A DNA stretch of 64,000 bases from an uncultured Nitrospiraceae bacterium (lineage in GTDB: Bacteria > Nitrospirota > Thermodesulfovibrionia > Thermodesulfovibrionales > UBA6898). Under the pieces are notes generated by a model. It ran no database searches. It saw nothing but the letters and a program-made list of their open reading frames with translations, and was not told the origin of the DNA. Numbering within the stretch: the first letter of the stretch is position 1; each line of letters opens with the position of its first letter. The translations under genes were made by a program, and so were the position numbers. This document shows, piece by piece, positions 18,785 through 28,140 of this stretch. Location of the stretch: NCBI GenBank assembly GCA_963811165.1, contig CAWEQH010000001.1, forward strand, positions 416,001 through 480,000, written 5' to 3'.

Positions 18785-20108
18785 CACTAGTGTCCGGTTA
18801 AGAAGTGAATAAATTCAACTGGTTTTGATTTTCGAGCATAACTGAACGTTCTTCGATAGTCTGAAATGCTTGTTGCAAAGGCATTTTCTCGAAAAGGGTA
18901 ATCGAGAGAATCTGTAACAATGTATAAAGGGATGCATCGAGATTGAGCTTTTTCTTGATGATGGCGATGAGTACATACATGGAAACGGCGATCCAGATTT
19001 GGGTCTTCACAGCGTTTTCCGATGTACCATAAAACCGTTTGATGCGAAGATGCTGTTTGATCCATTTGAAGAACAGTTCGATCTGCCAACGGCTTTTGTA
19101 GAGTGCAGCGATTGTGAGTGCTGATAGAGTCGTGTTGTTGGTAAGAAAGATCAGAGTTTTGTCTCTCTCGATATCTTTGAAGCGAATACGACGCAAATGT
19201 TCGGGGTAATGACAATGACTGTAGTAGCCGTTCAACATAATGCTCTGGTCGCAGATAATGCCAGAGGATCGGTCGACGGGCGCAGAGTATACGCGCCTTG
19301 CATTGAGGTTCGACTTTGTGCGGGTCACAAAGAAACTGCCTGCCCGGTGCAACGCATAAAGACGAGCGAAGTCCATATATGCCCGATCCATGATGTAGAA
19401 CGCCCCAGGTTCCGCAATAAGCAGGTCGAGAATATTGATGTCGTGCCACTTGCCGTCGGTGATGTGAATGAAACTGGGGATTGCACCCTTGAGATCCAAA
19501 AGTGTATGGACTTTGACTGCGGCTTTTGTATCGCGGAACGGAGCCCATGGGAACACCGAAAGACAAAGATCGATGGTTGTGGAGTCCAGCGCATAAACCG
19601 TGTTGGAAAGATCGAGTCCCAAATCCTCGTCTGCGTAGAGCCTTCTTGCTTGAGCGATCAGTCTCTGCGCAAAATCGGCGTAGATGCGCCAGTCTCGGGA
19701 TTCGTTTGCGTCGGCCAGAGTCGACCGAGAAATCGCTCCGTTGAGACCCATATGGTAAAGCTTCGAAGCCTGAGCCGAAAGGCACGCTTCTATATCGCGC
19801 AGACTCTCCCGATAGGTCAATTGGGCGAATGCCAAGATGCGAAACTGCTCCGTGCAGCGAAAGGTACGAATACGATGATCGCCTCCATAGCGAGCGACTA
19901 TACGATGAAATGTGCTCCAAGGGAGAAAATCCATGATTTGCGCAAATAGGGTCTTGCCAGTATACATTGGCACCTCCGGGAATTTCAGTTCCAGAAGGAT
20001 TGCCCATTCGGCGATATCTATTCAAGTCGACACCACCAAAAATATTGCAAATATTCTTATCTGTCATATAGTTTTAAGTATCAGCCGTTTCTTAACCGGA
20101 CAGCACTG
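18785..20108 (-). mobile_element. IS4-family insertion sequence, 1324 bp, complete
   Basis: Terminal IRs CACTAGTGTCCGGTTAAGAA (18785-18804) and CAGTGCTGTCCGGTTAAGAA (reverse complement, 20089-20108); 9-bp target duplication TACTTACAA at 18776-18784 and 20109-20117. Confidence 0.95.
18798..19967 (-). CDS. IS4-family DDE transposase (DUF4372 + DDE_Tnp_1 type)
   Basis: RESLRDIE, ALDSTTIDL, MDRAY, YKSRWQIELFFKWIKQHL (YREK signature); GGAGG RBS. Confidence 0.95.
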   Translation of the reverse strand: MYTGKTLFAQIMDFLPWSTFHRIVARYGGDHRIRTFRCTEQFRILAFAQLTYRESLRDIEACLSAQASKLYHMGLNGAISRSTLADANESRDWRIYADFAQRLIAQARRLYADEDLGLDLSNTVYALDSTTIDLCLSVFPWAPFRDTKAAVKVHTLLDLKGAIPSFIHITDGKWHDINILDLLIAEPGAFYIMDRAYMDFARLYALHRAGSFFVTRTKSNLNARRVYSAPVDRSSGIICDQSIMLNGYYSHCHYPEHLRRIRFKDIERDKTLIFLTNNTTLSALTIAALYKSRWQIELFFKWIKQHLRIKRFYGTSENAVKTQIWIAVSMYVLIAIIKKKLNLDASLYTLLQILSITLFEKMPLQQAFQTIEERSVMLENQNQLNLFTS

Positions 20109-20115
20109 TACTTAC

Positions 20116-20144
20116 AATATACCTCACGAAGGGAATGGGGTCAA
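20116..20144 (-). promoter_or_regulatory. Putative sigma70 promoter now reading into the IS
   Basis: TTGACC-N17-TATATT on the minus strand, abutting the right target duplication. Confidence 0.55.
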
Positions 20145-20267
20145 AAGCGGGTTCTTTCAAGTTGCCGGAAGGGACCGGCTGCTGCGTATTCCGCTTACAT
20201 TAGCTAAAAAAGATAAAGAGCGGTCCGGTTGCTACCCACGACTGTTGCTGATACACTTTACGTAAAA

Positions 20268-22970
20268 ATGGCGATGAGATTATTTCGTACATTCAAAGGA
20301 AGCCGACCCGGGGTTTCCCTCCTTATAATCTTCGTATCGCTCCTGATGCAGTTGTCGGGCGCGGAGACGGCCCTCGCCGGCCCGGCTCCTGAACTAATAA
20401 GGGAAACGCTGAAGAACGGCCTTAGAGTTGTTATCATCAGGAACGATCTGGCGCCGGTTGTGACTATCCAGGTGAATTACCTCGCGGGCTCGACCGAATC
20501 TCCCAAAGGTTTTCCAGGAATGGCCCATGCTCAGGAGCATATGATGTTTCGGGGAAGCCCGGGCCTTTCGGCAGATCAGCTTTCAAACCTTATTGCCGCA
20601 ATGGGCGGCCATTTCAATGCCGATACCCAGCAGACGGTAACACAGTATCTTCTCACCGTCTCCCCGGATGATCTCGATATCGCCCTGCGCATAGAGGCGA
20701 TACGTATGGCCGGAGTGCTCGATTCTGAGCGGCTTTGGAAGGAAGAGCGGGGAGCTATTGAGCAGGAAGTGGCCCAGGACCTTTCAAATCCACTCTATGT
20801 CTTCTACACGACCCTCCTTAGGAAGATCTTTGCCGGGACCCCATATTCCCGCGACGCCCTCGGCACTCGGCCCTCTTTTCAAAAGACGACAGGAAAAATG
20901 CTGAAGTCATTCCATAGAAACTGGTATGCCCCGAACAATGCCGTCCTAGTCATCGCAGGGAGTATTGACCCGAAGCAGACACTTGAGGAAGTTAAAAAAA
21001 TGTTCGAAAGGGTCCCCCCACGCAGGACGCCGCCGAGGGCGAAAATCCATCTTCGGCCGCTTAGACCCGATGCGATAGAACTCGATACCGACCTGTCTTA
21101 CGGGATGGTAGTGGTCGCATACCGGCTGCCGGGCTATCACAGTCCGGATTTTGCGGCGGCGCAGATACTGTCCGACGTGCTCGACAGCCAGAGGGCCGAC
21201 CTCTATGCGCTGGTGCCCAGGGGAGAGGCGTTATCGACATCTTTTGATACTACCATGCTTCCGGAGGCAGGCCTGGCGTATGCGACCGCAGCCTTTCCCC
21301 AGGGTGAAGAGGGATCACGACTTGTCCCGGTCATTAAAAAAATCATTGCGGGCTACGTCAAGGACGGGTTTCCACCCGAACTGGTGGAGGCTGCCAAACG
21401 CCGCGAGATAGCCGATGCCGAGTTCCAGATGAACTCGATATCAGAACTCGCGGCACTGTGGTCTCATACTATTGCGGTCGAGGGACATAATTCACCGCAG
21501 GACGATATCGAAGCGATAAGAAGGGTTTCCATCGAAGACGTCGCCAGGGTTGCCAGGGAATATCTTATCAACGACACTGCAATCACGGCCGTGTTAACTC
21601 CTACTCCCTCAGGAAAGGCTGTCCCTGCGCAGGGTTTCAGAAGAAAAGAGGTCCTGACCCCCAAAAAGACTACAGGCGTGTTGCTGCCGAAGTGGGCGCA
21701 GAAGGCCGCGTCGCTTCCCGCGGTCCCGGTTTCCCGGATAAAACCCAGGGTAACTACACTCTCAAACGGCTTGAGACTCATCGTGCAGCGGGAACCAATA
21801 AGCGCTACGGTCAGTGTTTACGGACGGGTCAAGAACAACCCCGATCTCCAAACACCCGCAGGCAAAGAAGGGGTTTCGCACCTCCTCGACAACCTCTTTT
21901 CGTACGGGACTTCGAAACTCGACCGTCTTGCCTTCCAAAAAGCGCTTGATGACATCGCAGCAGACGAATCAGCCGGGACGAGTTTTTTCCTCCGGGTACT
22001 GTCGGACGATCTCGAACGAGGTCTTCGGCTCCTGTCCGATAATATTTTAGACCCGGCCCTTCCCGAGGAGGCGTTCAAGGTGGTCAGGCAGGAATTGGCG
22101 GGCGAGTTGACGGGCAAGCTCAAAAGCCCTTCATACATGTCGGGCATGGCCCTCCGCTCGGGGCTCTATCCCAAAGGAGATCCACTGCGTAGGGAGGCGA
22201 CCCCGGGGACGGTGTCTTCACTTTCTCTTGATGATGTCAAGGCTTATTACAAAAAGGTCTTTCGTCCCGATATGACGACGATTGTCGTGATCGGCAATAT
22301 TACGGAAGACCTTGCCGTAGAGATGATCGGAAAATATTTCGGCGACTGGAAGGCCGAAGGCCCCAAACCCGAAACAGACCTCCCCCCTGTGCCTCCAAAC
22401 AAGCCGGCCTCATTCGAGGTGCCCAATGCGAGTATGGTCCAGGTGGAGGTTACCCTCGCAGAGACCCTCGGGGTGAGACGGACGGACCCCGATTACTATT
22501 CGCTACAGGCAGGCCTTCATGTCTTATCGGGCGGCTTCTATGCTACCCGTCTTTACAGGGACCTGAGGGAAAAGACAGGGCTGGTCTATGCGGTCGAGGC
22601 CGAGGTTGAGGCAGGCAAGACACGTTCTCTTTTTATAGTGGAATATGCATGCGATGCAAGAAATGTATCGAAGGCACGATCAATGATAGCAAGCGACATT
22701 AAGGAGATGCTTGCCAATCCCGTCACCAACGAGGAACTGCTGAGGGCCAAAGCGCTTCTTATCCGGCAGGTATCGCTTTCGGAATCGAGTACCGAAAGAG
22801 TAGCTTCGACGCTTCTCGATCTTTCCCTGGAAGACCTGCCGCTTGACGAGCCGGTGCAGGCCGCAAAAAGCTACAGGGAAGTTGCGGCAGAGCAGGTGAG
22901 GAGGGCCTTTGCCAGATGGATAAGGCCGGATGACTTTGTGCAGGTCTCACTCGGCCCTTCACCGAAGTAG
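20268..22970 (+). CDS. M16 (pitrilysin/PqqL-like) zinc protease, exported
   Basis: Inverted zinc motif HAQEH in GMAHAQEHMMFRGS, WYAPNNAVLVIAG, two LxNGLR starts, signal peptide. Confidence 0.92.
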   Translation: MAMRLFRTFKGSRPGVSLLIIFVSLLMQLSGAETALAGPAPELIRETLKNGLRVVIIRNDLAPVVTIQVNYLAGSTESPKGFPGMAHAQEHMMFRGSPGLSADQLSNLIAAMGGHFNADTQQTVTQYLLTVSPDDLDIALRIEAIRMAGVLDSERLWKEERGAIEQEVAQDLSNPLYVFYTTLLRKIFAGTPYSRDALGTRPSFQKTTGKMLKSFHRNWYAPNNAVLVIAGSIDPKQTLEEVKKMFERVPPRRTPPRAKIHLRPLRPDAIELDTDLSYGMVVVAYRLPGYHSPDFAAAQILSDVLDSQRADLYALVPRGEALSTSFDTTMLPEAGLAYATAAFPQGEEGSRLVPVIKKIIAGYVKDGFPPELVEAAKRREIADAEFQMNSISELAALWSHTIAVEGHNSPQDDIEAIRRVSIEDVARVAREYLINDTAITAVLTPTPSGKAVPAQGFRRKEVLTPKKTTGVLLPKWAQKAASLPAVPVSRIKPRVTTLSNGLRLIVQREPISATVSVYGRVKNNPDLQTPAGKEGVSHLLDNLFSYGTSKLDRLAFQKALDDIAADESAGTSFFLRVLSDDLERGLRLLSDNILDPALPEEAFKVVRQELAGELTGKLKSPSYMSGMALRSGLYPKGDPLRREATPGTVSSLSLDDVKAYYKKVFRPDMTTIVVIGNITEDLAVEMIGKYFGDWKAEGPKPETDLPPVPPNKPASFEVPNASMVQVEVTLAETLGVRRTDPDYYSLQAGLHVLSGGFYATRLYRDLREKTGLVYAVEAEVEAGKTRSLFIVEYACDARNVSKARSMIASDIKEMLANPVTNEELLRAKALLIRQVSLSESSTERVASTLLDLSLEDLPLDEPVQAAKSYREVAAEQVRRAFARWIRPDDFVQVSLGPSPK

Positions 22971-23006
22971 CTGCATGCATTCAGGTCTTTTCCCCATGTC
23001 TTAACA

Positions 23007-23720
23007 TCATCGGGCACGGGTAAGCTCAAGGACCTCCGAGTCTTTTCCTATCAGGGCAACGTCTGCAAGATCCAAAAACAGACCGTGCTCGACCACTCCC
23101 GGCATGCTCTTTAGATCATTGGCCAGTCTTTCCGGATCAGGGATGAGTCCAAAGCAGCAGTCCAGGATGTGATGGCCTTCCTCGGTAATCAGCGGCCTGC
23201 CGTAGGGATCTTTTCTGAGGGTAACAGAGGCGTCTAGCTTGGAGATACGTTTCATCAGCAAGGCCTCCGCAAAGGGGACGACTTCTACCGGAAGAGGGGA
23301 CTTCCCGAGTCCCGGGACCTGTTTCGTTGAGTCCGCGATGATGACTATCTTGCGTGAGGCGGAGGCGACAATCTTTTCGCGAAGCAGCGCCCCGCCGCCG
23401 CCCTTGATGAGTTCAAGGGCAGGGCTGATTTCGTCGGCCCCGTCGATTGTGACATCAATTTCCGAGCAGTCTTCGAATGTCGTCAGAGGGATGCCTGCGC
23501 TGACCGCCAGGTCCCGGGAGGTGACAGAGGTCGGTATCGCCAGAATCTTTAATCCTGAGCGGACCATCTCCCCCAGGAAGCGGATGGCATAGTACGCCGT
23601 AGAACCTGTCCCAAGTCCCACAACATACCCAGCGCGGACATATTCGAGGCTCCGGCGAGCAGCCGCTTGTTTTTCCCGCTCATGCCGGGCGGCCCCATAC
23701 TCCGGAACATTTTCGGTCAT
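23007..23720 (-). CDS. rpiA: Ribose-5-phosphate isomerase A
   Basis: GLGTGST, DGADE, IKGGGGALLREKIVA, GVVEHGLF. Confidence 0.97.
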   Translation of the reverse strand: MTENVPEYGAARHEREKQAAARRSLEYVRAGYVVGLGTGSTAYYAIRFLGEMVRSGLKILAIPTSVTSRDLAVSAGIPLTTFEDCSEIDVTIDGADEISPALELIKGGGGALLREKIVASASRKIVIIADSTKQVPGLGKSPLPVEVVPFAEALLMKRISKLDASVTLRKDPYGRPLITEEGHHILDCCFGLIPDPERLANDLKSMPGVVEHGLFLDLADVALIGKDSEVLELTRAR

Positions 23721-23743
23721 AGCCGGTAGTCTATCATGTGGCT

Positions 23744-24460
23744 CTATCTTAAGGTTGCTCCCCCGTCTACGTAGAGGGTGTTGCCGGTGGAAAAGCCGTT
23801 GCTCATCAGGTAAAGGACGGTCTGCGCGATTTCCTCAGGCCTGCCGACCCGTCTGACCGGTAGTGCAGTGGCTACGCCTTTAAACATCGCCTCTTTGGCT
23901 TCAGACGCCATCCCGGAGTAAATGGGGGTATCTACAATCCCAGGAGATATGGTATTGACCCGAATTGGTGCAAGTTCCATGGCCAATGCCCGGCCCAGTC
24001 CTTCGACTGCGCTGTTTATGGCCGTGATTACCGAACTGCCCGGTACGGGCCTTTGACTCCAGATGCCGGCGAAGAAGGTGATGGAGCCGCCTACATGTAT
24101 CTTAGGCGCGCCATACCTGGCCGCATAGTACTGGCCCCAAAACTTGCTGTCAAAGGCTGACCTCGCCTTTGCAGCATCGAGTTGGAGAAACGGCCCCATG
24201 GCAGCTTCATTGCCCGGGGTTGTGAGGTGGTCGAATTCGCCTACTTTGTCAAAGAATGCCTTGACCGATGCTTCGTCCACGACATTTACTGTCAGAACTT
24301 CTACAGAACCCTGTATCTGTTCCTTGGCTTTTTGCAGTTTTTCCTGCGAGCGGCTGGCGATGACCACTGTTGCTCCTTCCAACGCGGCGGCCCTTGCTGT
24401 GGCCAGCCCCATGCCCGAACTTCCGCCGATGATTACGATCCTCTGCCCCTTAAATCTCAT
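23744..24460 (-). CDS. Short-chain dehydrogenase/reductase
   Basis: GGSSGMG, SKFWGQY, ELAPIRVNTISPG, VDGG; no canonical YxxxK (atypical SDR). Confidence 0.88.
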   Translation of the reverse strand: MRFKGQRIVIIGGSSGMGLATARAAALEGATVVIASRSQEKLQKAKEQIQGSVEVLTVNVVDEASVKAFFDKVGEFDHLTTPGNEAAMGPFLQLDAAKARSAFDSKFWGQYYAARYGAPKIHVGGSITFFAGIWSQRPVPGSSVITAINSAVEGLGRALAMELAPIRVNTISPGIVDTPIYSGMASEAKEAMFKGVATALPVRRVGRPEEIAQTVLYLMSNGFSTGNTLYVDGGATLR

Positions 24461-24473
24461 GCGAACTTCTCCT

Positions 24474-25841
24474 TTATTCGATATTATCAAGCGCTTCAGG
24501 TATCAGGTTTGAAAGCGCGGGGAATATGTGCATGCACCCCGTGATGGATGTTATGTCCCCCCCGAGTATTACCGCATTCACTACTTCCTGGATGAGCATG
24601 GCGGCATGGGGGCCTATAATATGAAAACCCAGGATCCGTTTCGTACCTTTTTCAACGACAGCTTTAGCAAAACCTTTACGCTCTCCCATCGCCTCTCCCA
24701 TGACAGTGTCTGAATACTCTGCCCGGCCGATAAAGATGTCATGGTCCTTTCGGGCCTGCTTCTCTGTAAGGCCTACAGATGCGATCTGGGGAGAGGTAAA
24801 AACCGCATGGGGGACCGACCCGAAGTCCATCCTTATCTTTTTCCTGTAAGTCGCATTGTGCCATGCCAGCTCAGCTTCTTTGTCTCCCGCATGGGTAAAC
24901 ATAGCCCTTCCGGTGGCGTCGCCGACCGCCCATATATGTTTCTTGTTGGTCTGGAGGTACTCGTCGACCTTTATGAAATCGGCCTTGTCAGTTTCAATCC
25001 CCGCATTTTCCACCTGGAGAAGGTCCGCATTTGACTTCCTGCCGGCGGCCACCATCACCGCGTCCGCAAATATCTCTTCCGACTTTCCCGAAACGGCGTC
25101 CTTTACAGATACTGCATATCCGCTTCCGGCATCTCTCACCTCAGCAATTTCGACACCCATACGCAGCTCGGTGCGTTTTCCGAGTTCACTCATTAATAAA
25201 TCCGATATTTCCGGTTCTTCGAAATGAAGGAGGGTAACATTCCTGTCCAATATAATCACTTTTGTCCCGATTGCAGAAAAGAAATGGGCATATTCGAGCC
25301 CCACATATCCGCCTCCGATAAAGACCATGCGGTCGGGCTTTGTCTGGAGTTCCAGCACGCTCTCATTCGTAAGATACCGGACCTTGTCCAGCCCCTGTAT
25401 CGGAGGGACCGAGGGACGCGCCCCGGAGGCGATAAAAATTTTCTTCCCCCGTATATTGTCGGAGCCGACCCCGATGGTGCGCTCGTCCAGGAAATGACCT
25501 TCACCGCTGAAAAAAGCGATCTGTTCGGTATCCTCTATCGCTTTTTTTATTGAATTTCTTCCGCCCGCGACCGCGCTTCTCATCCGTCCCATTACCGCTC
25601 CGAAGTCGATATCGGCAATCTCCGCACGGATGCCGAGGCGGGAAGATTCTCTGATCTCGATGATCCTGTCGGCCGCATGGATGAGAGTCTTTGACGGCAC
25701 ACAGCCGTTATTTACGCAGGTCCCTCCCACATTCCCTTTATCGATGAGGGCGACCTTGAACCCCGCCGAAGCAGCGTGGAAAGCGATACTCAGCCCTACG
25801 TCGCCTGCCCCGACAACGACCACATCAAACGATCTCATCAT
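24474..25841 (-). CDS. Class I pyridine nucleotide-disulfide oxidoreductase (dihydrolipoamide dehydrogenase/mycothione reductase-like)
   Basis: GGTCVNNGCVPSK redox disulfide, IGGGYVGLE, GDA, HIFPALS (canonical HP..SE altered). Confidence 0.88.
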   Translation of the reverse strand: MMRSFDVVVVGAGDVGLSIAFHAASAGFKVALIDKGNVGGTCVNNGCVPSKTLIHAADRIIEIRESSRLGIRAEIADIDFGAVMGRMRSAVAGGRNSIKKAIEDTEQIAFFSGEGHFLDERTIGVGSDNIRGKKIFIASGARPSVPPIQGLDKVRYLTNESVLELQTKPDRMVFIGGGYVGLEYAHFFSAIGTKVIILDRNVTLLHFEEPEISDLLMSELGKRTELRMGVEIAEVRDAGSGYAVSVKDAVSGKSEEIFADAVMVAAGRKSNADLLQVENAGIETDKADFIKVDEYLQTNKKHIWAVGDATGRAMFTHAGDKEAELAWHNATYRKKIRMDFGSVPHAVFTSPQIASVGLTEKQARKDHDIFIGRAEYSDTVMGEAMGERKGFAKAVVEKGTKRILGFHIIGPHAAMLIQEVVNAVILGGDITSITGCMHIFPALSNLIPEALDNIE

Positions 25842-25891
25842 CACCCCCTGCTTTATACCAGTTGTTTGCAATAATGCTGCTTTAGTCGTCA

Positions 25892-26599
25892 TCACCTTCT
25901 GATAATGTCGCCTTTCGGTTCCCACCTCCGGACTTTTCTGAGAGGGGGAGGGCGATAACTTTCCACAAGATCGCCGATCTTCGCCAGCTTGAAGTTCTTT
26001 ATCTTTATCCCCACTTTCTGTCCCGGCGTTGCCTTCTGCACGGTCTTTTCAGCGATATGGAGCGACTCGATTATTCCGGAATGGATCGGCCCCATGGCAG
26101 AGATGATCCGGAAATGCTGACCGACGGCCAGATGCCCCTCCCGGACTTCACACCCTATGATGATCCCTTTCCTGGTGCTCTTAAAGAGCGTGATGACCTT
26201 GCCCGATCCTGTGATCTCGTCCTCTTCCGGGCCCGGGACCATGCTTTCTGCGATTGCCCTGATGTCGTCGGACAATTTATAAATGATGTCGTAGAGGCGG
26301 ACCTCGACCCGGCGCTCCCTGAGGACCTTTTCAAGTCCGGGTACCAGTCGTACCTGAAACCCTACGATGAGCCTGCTTGCCGTCTCTGCCATCATGACAT
26401 CGGAGAGGGTGACAGACCCCACGCCGCTGTGAATCGTCTGTATCTCGACGCCGGCGACAATAACCTTTGAAAGTGTCGCCGCCACCCCTTCCATGCTTCC
26501 GATGGAATCGCACTTAAGAACGATCTCAAGCCGTGGAATGGGTTTTGCGGCTTTAATGTCCGGCTTGACGCCGATACCTTTGCCGGCCCTTATGTTCAT
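25892..26599 (-). CDS. Stand-alone protein resembling the C-terminal domains (C1+C2) of translation initiation factor IF2, no GTPase domain
   Basis: IVLKCDSIGSMEG, IHSGVGSVTLSDV, IVGFQV, YDIIYKL and GCEVREG parallel IF2 IIKADVQGS, GVGxIxESDV, IIGFNV, YxIIY and AGCxVxxG. Confidence 0.8.
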   Translation of the reverse strand: MNIRAGKGIGVKPDIKAAKPIPRLEIVLKCDSIGSMEGVAATLSKVIVAGVEIQTIHSGVGSVTLSDVMMAETASRLIVGFQVRLVPGLEKVLRERRVEVRLYDIIYKLSDDIRAIAESMVPGPEEDEITGSGKVITLFKSTRKGIIIGCEVREGHLAVGQHFRIISAMGPIHSGIIESLHIAEKTVQKATPGQKVGIKIKNFKLAKIGDLVESYRPPPLRKVRRWEPKGDIIRR

Positions 26600-26797
26600 G
26601 TCTTGCCCATAATCTTCACACGCGTTAATCAGGTGAGGCATGAGGCGATTCTTTTCTTATGCTATCACGCAATACCCCGAAGTACAATCACCGGCAATCA
26701 GGGGAAGAGCGTTGTTTCCGGGATTGGCCGGCAGCTTCGGAAGGAATATGTTTCAACGCGCATCGGAACCCTCTGGGGTGAATTCCGGTTTTCCCTG

Positions 26798-26826
26798 TTG
26801 ACATCTGCCCGGCAGGTGTTTAGAAT
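26798..26826 (+). promoter_or_regulatory. sigma70 promoter for the DsrE-family gene
   Basis: TTGACA-N17-TAGAAT. Confidence 0.7.
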
Positions 26827-26874
26827 ATTCTAATTAGTGCAACTCCAAGAACAAACAAAATTAAGGAGATTATT

Positions 26875-27264
26875 ATGGACGGAAAAAAATTTGTCTTTGT
26901 CCTTTCCCATGCGACCGAAAAGCCTGCCGAGGTGATCGTGATGATGAAGACCGCGACAAACATGAAGGCATTCGATGACGAGATCGAACTGGACTTTTTC
27001 CTTATGGGAGAGGGAGTTCAGCTCGCAAAGAAAGGCATGGCCGAGACGATATCTATGGAGCTCGAAGGGCAGAAGGTCGTGGTCAGTGAGATGCTGAACA
27101 CACTCACGCAGGACTTCAACGTCAAGTTCTTCGTCTGTCATGCCTTCATGCCGTTATATGGAATGAGCAAAGACGACCTCATCGAGAGCGCCGAGCTCAA
27201 ATCAAGTTCTTATCTTGGAGAACTAATGCTTGACGGCCGGATTCCTTTTCAGGTATCTGTCTAA
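26875..27264 (+). CDS. DsrE/DsrF-like family protein
   Basis: FFLMGEGVQLAKKG, KFFVC; AAGGAG RBS. Confidence 0.8.
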   Translation: MDGKKFVFVLSHATEKPAEVIVMMKTATNMKAFDDEIELDFFLMGEGVQLAKKGMAETISMELEGQKVVVSEMLNTLTQDFNVKFFVCHAFMPLYGMSKDDLIESAELKSSSYLGELMLDGRIPFQVSV

Positions 27265-27285
27265 CGATCCCTGACGTAAAAAAGA

Positions 27286-27330
27286 TGCGCAAAGGCCCTT
27301 TGAGACATCATCGGGCCTTTGCGCAAAAAA
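27286..27330. terminator. Intrinsic terminator between convergent dsrE-like and msrB genes
   Basis: 13-bp perfect stem TGCGCAAAGGCCC/GGGCCTTTGCGCA with flanking A-run. Confidence 0.75.
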
Positions 27331-27418
27331 GTCCTCTGAGCAAAAGCTCTTTGCGTCCCGGGGGAGAACTCCACTCTACTTAGCCGGCAGACATCGCGCG
27401 TCTCTTCATGCCCCTTCC

Positions 27419-28000
27419 CTATCTTGCGACTGCCTGTTTCTTAAAAAGCGTCAGATATTGGCCGTACCCATCTTTTACGAGATCCTCCTTCGGCACAAAC
27501 CTGAGGGCAGCTGAATTCATGCAATACCTGAGTCCTGTCGGTTTTGGCCCATCGGTAAAGACATGGCCCAGATGAGAATCCGCGTGTTTAGACCGCACCT
27601 CTGTCCTTTTCATGAAGAAAAGGTTCCTATCCTCCTTTTCGACAATGTTGCCGGGTTCAAGCGGTCTTGAGAAACTCGGCCATCCTGTCCCCGAGTCGTA
27701 CTTATCGAGGGAACTGAAAAGCGGCTCGCCGGAAACGATATCCACATATATCCCTTCGCGTTTATTCTCAGCGTATTCATTTCTGAAGGCCGGCTCCGTG
27801 CCGTTTTCCTGCGTGACCTTGTATTGGGTCTCAGTAAGTCTTTTCCTTAATTCTTCCTTAGAGGGTTTCGCGAACGTCTTCATGTCACCTCCTCCTTGCT
27901 GAACAACAGTCGCCTTTTCTAACCTTGATGCTGCCGAAGCCGAAGATGCGAGCATTGTAATCACCCCTATCGTAATGAATAACTTCATTATATTTGTCAT
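27419..28000 (-). CDS. msrB: Peptide methionine-R-sulfoxide reductase with signal peptide
   Basis: [33 protein letters not shown]-terminal signal ending ASA. Confidence 0.95.
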   Translation of the reverse strand: MTNIMKLFITIGVITMLASSASAASRLEKATVVQQGGGDMKTFAKPSKEELRKRLTETQYKVTQENGTEPAFRNEYAENKREGIYVDIVSGEPLFSSLDKYDSGTGWPSFSRPLEPGNIVEKEDRNLFFMKRTEVRSKHADSHLGHVFTDGPKPTGLRYCMNSAALRFVPKEDLVKDGYGQYLTLFKKQAVAR

Positions 28001-28140
28001 CTTGCCATCTCCTTAATAAACAGCCTCCTATCATCACAATATTCCGAAACAGTGAATAAGATGTGAAGATTAGCCGGTAAGGAAGGCCGGTATATGATAA
28101 AATTGATGCATTATCAGGGATGGTGAGGATTGGAACCCAA

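Noticed and set aside
27419..28000. Selenoprotein MsrB
   Set aside because: Catalytic residue is Cys (RYCMNS); no in-frame TGA
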